Positions 57,516 to 64,000 of a stretch of 64,000 nucleotides of DNA are shown piece after piece. A program made the translations under genes and the position numbers. How positions within the stretch are numbered: position 1 is the first letter of the stretch; every line of letters begins with the position of its first letter. The stretch spans positions 13,303 through 77,302 of the forward strand of contig JBBKWL010000018.1 of assembly GCA_037968975.1 (NCBI GenBank), read 5' to 3'. The DNA comes from Woeseiaceae bacterium (GTDB lineage Bacteria > Pseudomonadota > Gammaproteobacteria > Steroidobacterales > Woeseiaceae). Below the pieces are notes generated by a model. That model searched no databases. It was not told the DNA's origin and saw nothing but the letters and a program-made list of their open reading frames with translations.

Positions 57516-58332
57516 GCCGTTAACCGCGGCGATCGGTGCTGAGGTCCATGACGTGGTTCTTTCCGGCACTCTTGACCCGGCAATTCTTGATGAAATCTAC
57601 GTTGCTTTGACGAAGTACCTGGTACTTTTTTTCCGCGATCAGGATCTGTCGCCGGAGGACCAGTTCGATTTCGCACAAACCTTCGGCACACCCGCGCAAC
57701 CACATCCGGTGTATCCACACTTACCAGGATTTGATCGCGTGGTGCTCCTGGAGAATGACGGTGACCGGCCACCCGATACCGACGACTGGCACACCGATCT
57801 GACGTTCCAGCCGAAAACCCCGTTTCTGTCTGTACTGCATGCGCGCGAAGTGCCGAAGGTCGGCGGCGATACCCTGTGGGCAAACATGTACGTCGCTTTT
57901 GACGAATTACCGGCAGAGATCCAAACGCTGGCGTCGCGTCTGTCCGCCGTGCACGATATGGGCGCATTCCGGAACGCCTATCTCGGTGAAACGAACGACG
58001 TTGAAGCACTGAATGCAGCAATGGCGGGCGTAGGGTCCGCAGTGCATCCCGTCGCGCCGAAACACCCGGTCACCGGCAAGCAGTTACTGTTCGTCAATCG
58101 TTCATTCACCCAACACATTGTCGGCATGCTCAAGACTGAAAGCGATCGCTTGCTCGAGTATCTCTTCGCGCACATCGAAACACCAAACAACCAGGTGCGG
58201 TTTCGCTGGAGCAACGGCGCCGTAGCCATGTGGGATAACCGTTGCACCCAGCACTTTGCGGTTGCCGATTACCTGCCCGCTTACCGACACATGCATCGCG
58301 TCATCATTGATACCGATCGCCGAGCTGGATGA
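57505..58332 (+). CDS. TauD/TfdA-family Fe(II)/2-oxoglutarate-dependent dioxygenase
   Basis: 275 aa. DDWHTDLTF (HxD), GGDTLWANM, HPV...HP.TG...LFVN, WDNRCTQH.A..DY. Confidence 0.88.
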   Translation: MRIEPLTAAIGAEVHDVVLSGTLDPAILDEIYVALTKYLVLFFRDQDLSPEDQFDFAQTFGTPAQPHPVYPHLPGFDRVVLLENDGDRPPDTDDWHTDLTFQPKTPFLSVLHAREVPKVGGDTLWANMYVAFDELPAEIQTLASRLSAVHDMGAFRNAYLGETNDVEALNAAMAGVGSAVHPVAPKHPVTGKQLLFVNRSFTQHIVGMLKTESDRLLEYLFAHIETPNNQVRFRWSNGAVAMWDNRCTQHFAVADYLPAYRHMHRVIIDTDRRAG

Positions 58333-58781
58333 TCGAAACAGGCGAACTTCCAAGCACTGCGTTGTTGCAGAAGTACGTCCAGTCCGGTGCGTACACCGAT
58401 TGCTTTTCAACAGCGATGCCGACCGATGTAACGATTAGCGAATTTGTCACGGCCTTTTACACCAGCTGGCTGTTCAAGCTGGAGCGCGTCATTCTTCGGG
58501 TATTGGTTTCGAAGCCGTCTACTGACGAAGAAGTGCGACTTCTTAGTGATGGCGAACTCGAGAAATTCGCGGCATGGTACGTCGAAGATCGGGCTGAGAA
58601 CCAGTTGTTGATGTGTGATTTTCGGGACCAGACGCGATCGTGGTTTATGGTTGCTCCCGGGCGCATCTACTTCGGCTCTGCGGTGATTCCGGTACAGAAG
58701 CGGTCCTATCGTTTATTGCTCGGGTTGCATCGCCTGTATTCAAGAGCATTACTCGCTGCGGCCAGGTCTCGACTACAATAG
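58329..58781 (+). CDS. Hypothetical protein (possibly DUF2867-like)
   Basis: 150 aa. 4-nt overlap with the TauD stop. YTDCFS...FVTAFYTSWLFKLERVIL. Weak recognition. Confidence 0.55.
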   Translation: MIETGELPSTALLQKYVQSGAYTDCFSTAMPTDVTISEFVTAFYTSWLFKLERVILRVLVSKPSTDEEVRLLSDGELEKFAAWYVEDRAENQLLMCDFRDQTRSWFMVAPGRIYFGSAVIPVQKRSYRLLLGLHRLYSRALLAAARSRLQ

Positions 58782-58804
58782 ACGCAAGTAATTGGAGGTC
58801 CAGA

Positions 58805-59170
58805 ATGAGAAAGCTTGCCGATTTTTTAGTGGGTTTCGTTGCCCTCGAACACGTCGGATTTTTGGTACTGGAAATGTTTTTCTGGACCAAACCGTACGGA
58901 CTCGAGACATTTGGTACCACGCTTGAGTTTGCGCAGCAGTCTGCGTCGCTGGCCGCTAACCAGGGTCTGTATAACGGCTTTCTTGCTGCGGGTCTCGTTT
59001 GGAGCCTGCTGCGAAAAACCGATGCCTATGCGCTGAAGGTGTTTTTTCTCAGCTGTGTAGTGGTCGCCGGTGTATTCGGTGCTGTGACCGCAAAGGCTTC
59101 GATACTTTATGTGCAGGGCGCGCCAGCACTGCTGGCTTTGGCGCTGCTTGTAATTTCAAATCGAAAATGA
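58805..59170 (+). CDS. DUF1304-family membrane protein
   Basis: Start at MRKLADFLVGFVALEHVGFLVLEMFFW (typical DUF1304 N-terminus). 4 TM helices. Confidence 0.7.
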   Translation: MRKLADFLVGFVALEHVGFLVLEMFFWTKPYGLETFGTTLEFAQQSASLAANQGLYNGFLAAGLVWSLLRKTDAYALKVFFLSCVVVAGVFGAVTAKASILYVQGAPALLALALLVISNRK

Positions 59171-59628
59171 AGCACCGTAGCGAACGCAGCAGCAGTTTTC
59201 AGCCGACCCTGCTTATCGCCGGTGTTTTGCTGGTTTTGATCCTGTTTATCACGGGCGGCTATTTCTTCTTTCTGAATCAGCCGGGTTTGTCTGTCGAACA
59301 GGAAGCGGCATTAGCGGAACTGAGCGAGCGTCGTGCCGAGTGGGAAAGCGAACGTCCGCCAGCCTTTCGGTACGAGGTCGAGCGGCAATGCGAATGCCCT
59401 CTCGACTACACTGAGCCATTCACGGTCGTCGAGTATCTGGATGAGCCGGATAATCAAGCCTGGATTGAGGGGTTCTTTGATCGCATCGAGATGACGTTGC
59501 GAGCCGGGGAGCCTGTGTCCGTTTCTTACGACGCCCGCTTTGGTTTTCCCAACGATTTCACCATTGCGAACGAAGATACGTTCGTCCGTGATTTTGAGGT
59601 GCTCCGCTACGCAGATGAAAGCCCGTAG
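59167..59628 (+). CDS. Membrane-anchored hypothetical protein (DUF6174-like?)
   Basis: Start at MKHRSERSSSFQPTLLIAGVLLVLILFITGG. Soluble domain with YEVERQCECP. ATGA overlap with the upstream stop. Confidence 0.55.
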   Translation: MKHRSERSSSFQPTLLIAGVLLVLILFITGGYFFFLNQPGLSVEQEAALAELSERRAEWESERPPAFRYEVERQCECPLDYTEPFTVVEYLDEPDNQAWIEGFFDRIEMTLRAGEPVSVSYDARFGFPNDFTIANEDTFVRDFEVLRYADESP

Positions 59629-60035
59629 TGAAACTCAGTAACAGCGACGTGGCGCTGGCCTTGATCGCTATTGCGTGCGGCGGATTTACTTTGCTCGTCG
59701 CGTCCGGCGTGTTGCCCGCGCAATCCGCCGGCAATACGCCGATATGGGTGGTTGCGGTGGCCGGCCTGGTGTTTGTTATTGGCGGCGTCATGATCCTCTT
59801 GCGACACCATTCGCGAGCCCTGGACCTGTTTGCTGCAGTCATTCTTGCGGGCTTCACGTCGATAGGCGTATGGGTCGCATTTTACAGCCCAGCTGACGGC
59901 ATTTCCGGCGGTATTCCGTTTTTGCCGGAAAGCATGAATGTCGGCCTGGGAAGAATCATGTTTGGTCTCGGCGCATTAATATGTTTCGGTTGTTTTTTGT
60001 ACGCGTTAAAGCGATTTTTTGGATCGCATAAATAG
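59628..60035 (+). CDS. Four-TM membrane protein (hypothetical)
   Basis: 135 aa. GTG start overlapping the upstream stop. Hydrophobic throughout. Confidence 0.5.
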   Translation: MKLSNSDVALALIAIACGGFTLLVASGVLPAQSAGNTPIWVVAVAGLVFVIGGVMILLRHHSRALDLFAAVILAGFTSIGVWVAFYSPADGISGGIPFLPESMNVGLGRIMFGLGALICFGCFLYALKRFFGSHK

Positions 60036-60087
60036 GAGCCCGAGTGCCCCATTTTATATTTGCGTATCACAGTAACGGCATATGTTG

Positions 60088-62133
60088 TTAAAAAATCCAG
60101 CGGATTCCCGCGTGCAGTGCACGGCCCGGCAGGGGCAACGTATCTTTGAGCGGCGACGTATGTTGCCGTGCATCTTCGTCGGTCAGATTGGTGCCCTTCA
60201 GGAATAGAAATATGCCGGCGTCGTCGATTGCGTAGGAGATATCAGCACTGAGTAGTACGTAAGATGCCGTAGGTAACTCATTTTCAGCAGTGCGGGTCTG
60301 CTCATCGAACCAGGTAGCCTCAACGGAGGTCTCAACAGTGTTAATCACGTGATGCAGACCAATCCCGAGTCGCAGTGGCGGGAGGCGCGGCAGGTTGGCG
60401 CCGGTTTTCCTGTCCGTGCCACGAACCATGTCGGCGAACAGGCGAGTATGAATATGTCCTGCCCCGGTATCCGCGAGCTCGAAGCGGGCCTCTGCTTCGA
60501 ATCCTGTAAGACGCGCGTTTGTCTGCCGGTACTCGAAAAGCTGGAATTCGTCGATCACGGTCGCGGTCGGTGCTAACAGGATGTAGTCATTAATCTGGTT
60601 CAGGAATGCGGTGACTGCCCACTCGCGTTTTCCGGTGTCGCCGCGCCAGGTCAGATCGAGGTTGGTCGATTGTTCCTTACGCAAAATACCCGCGTCCTGT
60701 GTAATAGCACCGCGTTCATAGCGCTGTACCGCGACGTGTGGGCCGTCGGCATAGAGTTCGGTCGAGTTGGGATGTCGCTCGGTAAGCGCAAGGTTCGCTG
60801 CAATGCGCTGCTTCTCCTTGAAGCTGTGGATGAAGCCGAGCGATGCCCCATAAGCAGTCCCCGAGTAGTTCCTCAGATCGACCTCGGGCGCGATTGTCTG
60901 GTGCTCCACCCGCGCACTGGCCTGGAGCACCGAGTCGTCAGACATAGCCCATTCTTCGAACGCAAACACGCTCGTTTCCGTTGTGTCCGAGGGGGGAACA
61001 TAGGCTTCATCACCCACCGCATTGAAGTCGATGTTGCGATACTGCATGCCAAAAGCTCCCACGAAGTCGCCGATCGCGGCGTGCTTGAATTCCAGGCGCG
61101 CATCGGTGCCACGGGTTTCAAAAATGGTACCGACCTCTGTACCCTCAAACTCCGTGTGCATATAGTCGGTTGCGGCGATCAAAAACCGGGCAGACTCAAC
61201 TGCGCCATCGAAGTCATAGCTCGACCGCAGCTCGTAGCGGGTCTGATCGAGGTCAATTCTGACGTCGATCTCTTCCTCACCGGCGTGTGCGTGTCCGCCT
61301 GCAACCCCGTAGTTGCTGTCAAAATCGCTCACGCTGACGCCAATAAACCCGCGCTCGCCTGTCGCCGACAAACCAACTCCGCTGGTCTTAGTTTCACTGT
61401 CAGAATTTTCTACGTGACCAAACGGAGCATTCGCATCGTCGTGGTTGTCCTCCTGCTTGCGCAAAATCGCGGACTCGGCAAACCCCGGTATGGAAAAGTC
61501 GGCCGTGTCACGTTGCATGTGGTCCAAGTGAAAAGCGATCTGGTCACTACCAACGTTGACCTGGGCCGCCAGGTCTCTTCGACCAACTGCGGTGTCGCCG
61601 CTGGCCGCGAGACCGCCGCTGACAAAGGTATCTAACGGCGCCTCGGCAATGCGCGAATCGACCACGTTGACGATACCCCCGGCTGCGCCACTGCCGTAGA
61701 GCAATGTTGCAGGCCCCCTGACGATCTCCACGCTACTTGCGAGAAAGCTGTCGACACTGGTTTGATGATCCTCACTGAGGGCGGATGCATCCAGTGAGTC
61801 GAGTCCGTTCGAGAGTATCCTCACCCGCTCTCCAAATTGTCCGCGAATGACCGGTCGCGACGCAACGGGCCCAAAAAACGTTGAGCTCATTCCCAGCTCC
61901 TGGGAAACCGTTTCTCCGAGGCTGCTCGACTGTTTTTTGATGAGCTGCTCACCACTCAGTACGGCTGTCGGTTGTGCCAGCTGTTCAACCGTGCGCTGCA
62001 GTGGCGTGGCGTTGACGACGATTTCATCAAACACGTGATGTTCGTCTTCGTGATTTTCCTGGGCATGCGCCGCGGCGGTTCCTGCGAGGGAAGTCGCCAC
62101 GAATACCCACAGGCGGGAGTAGTACATTTGCAT
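60088..62133 (-). CDS. TonB-dependent outer-membrane receptor with His/Asp-rich segments (metal-type, ZnuD/OprC-like)
   Basis: 681 aa. Signal peptide, ENHEDEHH just before the TonB box DEIVVNAT, plug domain, loops QEDNHDDANAPFGHVENSD and GGHAHAGEEE, and C-terminal ...HAGIRWIF. Confidence 0.92.
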   Translation of the reverse strand: MQMYYSRLWVFVATSLAGTAAAHAQENHEDEHHVFDEIVVNATPLQRTVEQLAQPTAVLSGEQLIKKQSSSLGETVSQELGMSSTFFGPVASRPVIRGQFGERVRILSNGLDSLDASALSEDHQTSVDSFLASSVEIVRGPATLLYGSGAAGGIVNVVDSRIAEAPLDTFVSGGLAASGDTAVGRRDLAAQVNVGSDQIAFHLDHMQRDTADFSIPGFAESAILRKQEDNHDDANAPFGHVENSDSETKTSGVGLSATGERGFIGVSVSDFDSNYGVAGGHAHAGEEEIDVRIDLDQTRYELRSSYDFDGAVESARFLIAATDYMHTEFEGTEVGTIFETRGTDARLEFKHAAIGDFVGAFGMQYRNIDFNAVGDEAYVPPSDTTETSVFAFEEWAMSDDSVLQASARVEHQTIAPEVDLRNYSGTAYGASLGFIHSFKEKQRIAANLALTERHPNSTELYADGPHVAVQRYERGAITQDAGILRKEQSTNLDLTWRGDTGKREWAVTAFLNQINDYILLAPTATVIDEFQLFEYRQTNARLTGFEAEARFELADTGAGHIHTRLFADMVRGTDRKTGANLPRLPPLRLGIGLHHVINTVETSVEATWFDEQTRTAENELPTASYVLLSADISYAIDDAGIFLFLKGTNLTDEDARQHTSPLKDTLPLPGRALHAGIRWIF

Positions 62134-62176
62134 TGCTTTTCCTGATCGGTGTTATTGGGCGGACGGGCGTTTCTGA

Positions 62177-62485
62177 TCAGGAAAGAGGGGGTGCTCGCGG
62201 CTGCGGCAGGATCTGCCGCCGGGCATCCAGTTGGACTGGTGCAAGAACTATGTCGCTCGAAGCACCTTTGGACGCCGCGAATTCAAAGTCATTCCTCGTA
62301 TCGAGGTCGTCCAGCTTGTCGAGTTGCAGGCAAAACGAGCACACATCGCCAATCTCGTTGGCGGTGTGATTGAACTGGTGCGTAGCAATGGTGAACTGCA
62401 GCGCAGCAAGCAGCAGAGCCACGAAAACCACCGCGGGTTTGGCGCGCAAAGCCTGCATATTTGGAGTTGTTTGAGCTGCCGGCAT
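62177..62485 (-). CDS. Small exported CxxC protein (DUF2946-like?)
   Basis: Hydrophobic leader AVVFVALLLAALQF, then HQFNHTANEIGDVCSFC. It lies immediately upstream of the TonB-dependent receptor. Start at ATG 62485 or 62458. Confidence 0.5.
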   Translation of the reverse strand: MPAAQTTPNMQALRAKPAVVFVALLLAALQFTIATHQFNHTANEIGDVCSFCLQLDKLDDLDTRNDFEFAASKGASSDIVLAPVQLDARRQILPQPRAPPLS

Positions 62486-62563
62486 AGTTTCCCTTTATAG
62501 GTGGCTATGACCGGCAGATCAATAGAAAGGTTCACGCCGGGCATGAACCTTTGGCATTCTCAA

Positions 62564-62785
62564 TCAGCAGTCAACATCGCTATCGGTAGCGTCGCCAACT
62601 TCGTCGCAAGCGTCTTGTGCTGCTTCGGACAAGGAGTCACCGGCATCGTCGACTGCATCTTTCACTGAGTCCGCTGCATCATCCATAGCTTCGCCTGCTT
62701 TCTCAGCCGGACCCTCATTGGAGTCACATCCGTACATTCCCAGGAAGCTGGCTGTAACCAGTGCTAACAAAAAGGTTCTTAACAT
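62564..62785 (-). CDS. Small Asp-rich lipoprotein (hypothetical)
   Basis: 73 aa. Lipobox FLGMYGC. The mature part is extremely acidic (AMDDAADSVKDAVDDAGDSLSEAAQDACDEVGDATDSDVDC) and has two further Cys. Confidence 0.55.
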   Translation of the reverse strand: MLRTFLLALVTASFLGMYGCDSNEGPAEKAGEAMDDAADSVKDAVDDAGDSLSEAAQDACDEVGDATDSDVDC

Positions 62786-62846
62786 TTCAAATTCTCCATT
62801 GCGCAGTGCGAAAATCTTCGTCTATTCGAAGCAATTCCGCATTAAC

Positions 62847-64000
62847 TTATGTTGTGGTCGGTGGCGAAACGAAGGAAGTTACTGTCCAGCCGGGCTTTGG
62901 TTCGAGTTTCTTGTCTGTCACGGGAAAGTGTACACGCTTATCGTCATCCATCACGTATATCGGCAAGCTTGTCGGATGTTGTAATTGATACTTTTCGAAA
63001 TCGAATTCGTCAGTCAGGGGTGTGGACTTGAGCTCATCGCCAGCCGAAATTCGTCCAATCAGGTCCTCCAGCGACAATTCGCCGGCAAACAAAACCCGCC
63101 CCCGGCTCTCGCCTGCGACCCGATGTTTCTCGTGCTCGTTGTCTTCCTGGGAGCTCATCGTGTACACGTTGTCGCGACCGAATTCATCTGCGAAGCGGAG
63201 GCAGGCTAATTCATTCAGGCCAGGGCGCCGGGATATAGCCAGTAGCAGACCCAGGCCGGTCAGCTCCATGTTTCGGTCGGCGTAGCTGGACACCGCGCTG
63301 CCATAGAATGTGGGCACATCCGCCATGCGCGCCGCTTGGATACTCGGCCAGTGTGAGTCAGCGACGAGAACGGCTTGATCGTTTTTCTTCAGCGAGCTTG
63401 CGATAGCCAGCGCCAGCGGGTTGGAACCGATCAGGAGAACGCCGTTGGGATCGGGCTCCGCCACACCCAGCCATTTTGCGACGAGACTGGCTGACAGGCT
63501 TTGCATGATGACCGTGCCGAGGATGACGCTGAAAACCAATGGCACCAGGCTACCGGCCCCGGGATACCCGCTGGCTTCCAGTCGCAGCGCAAATAGTGCC
63601 GAAATTGCGGCCGCTACAATGCCACGTGGAAAAATCCAGCCGAGATACAGGCGCTCTTTGCCGGAAAGCGAACTTCCTAGCGCACAGATAAACGCTCGCA
63701 AAGGCCCCAGAATGAACTGCAGGAACAGGACAATGACGATGGCGCCGAGTCCGATTGCTTGCAACTCGTCGAAGTTGACCCGAGCGGCCAATACGATGAA
63801 TAACCCGGCGACCAATAACAGTGTCAGGCTTTCTTTGAAATCCAAAACGTCATCGAGATCCACATGCCGCATGTTGGCAAGCCAGACACCCATTACGGTT
63901 ACTGCTAACAGGCCGGATTCACCGTGCACGGACTCTGCCGCGGCAAAAATAGTCAGAACTGCAGCCAGTGCAGCGAAATCCCGAAGAAAGTCCGGTATCA
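62847..64000 (-). CDS. Cation:proton antiporter (CPA1/NhaP-type) with C-terminal cytoplasmic regulatory domain; N-terminus off the window
   Basis: The frame stays open to the window end (...IPDFLRDFAALAAVLTIFAAAESVHGESGLLAVTVMGVWLAN...). TM core, then an Rossmann-like LLIGSNPLALAIA domain. Confidence 0.85.
   Translation of the reverse strand, partial: IPDFLRDFAALAAVLTIFAAAESVHGESGLLAVTVMGVWLANMRHVDLDDVLDFKESLTLLLVAGLFIVLAARVNFDELQAIGLGAIVIVLFLQFILGPLRAFICALGSSLSGKERLYLGWIFPRGIVAAAISALFALRLEASGYPGAGSLVPLVFSVILGTVIMQSLSASLVAKWLGVAEPDPNGVLLIGSNPLALAIASSLKKNDQAVLVADSHWPSIQAARMADVPTFYGSAVSSYADRNMELTGLGLLLAISRRPGLNELACLRFADEFGRDNVYTMSSQEDNEHEKHRVAGESRGRVLFAGELSLEDLIGRISAGDELKSTPLTDEFDFEKYQLQHPTSLPIYVMDDDKRVHFPVTDKKLEPKPGWTVTSFVSPPTTT

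Overview
This is about 64 kb of a GC-rich gammaproteobacterial chromosome. All family names below come from reading motifs by eye; no BLAST or HMM search was run. The backbone is housekeeping and follows a classic conserved order: pntAB, priA-argS, an NtrY/NtrX-like two-component pair, DUF4390-rsmB-fmt-def, a LysM (TsaP-like) gene, dprA-smg-topA-tsaC-hemF, then hemB-aroE, and later gor, prlC and xthA. Lineage-specific blocks interrupt this backbone. (1) 25961-32636 carries a large plant-type S8 subtilase, tag, and an ECF sigma / anti-sigma pair directly upstream of a signal-peptide EGSCGG-repeat cysteine peptide. The peptide looks like an HvfA-type RiPP precursor, but no MNIO/DUF2063 maturase is present anywhere in the window. 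This is my top candidate for something new. (2) 35263-38285 is a lower-GC islet with a multiply frameshifted GNAT remnant and several tiny membrane ORFs. (3) 45208-51756 is a tightly coupled lipoprotein amidohydrolase / SDR / quinone-reductase / BCCT transporter / lipoprotein carboxylesterase operon. (4) 52857-60035 is a patchwork of DUF-type genes, gene remnants and a TauD-led five-gene operon. (5) 60088-62785 is a His-rich TonB-dependent receptor with a small CxxC protein and an Asp-rich lipoprotein. A 27-28 bp perfect inverted-repeat element with a shared 24-nt core occurs twice (760-856 and 30833-30898). I found no rRNA, tRNA, CRISPR array, transposase, integrase or recognisable defence system. 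Many long ORFs in the track are antisense shadows of real genes in this GC-rich DNA.
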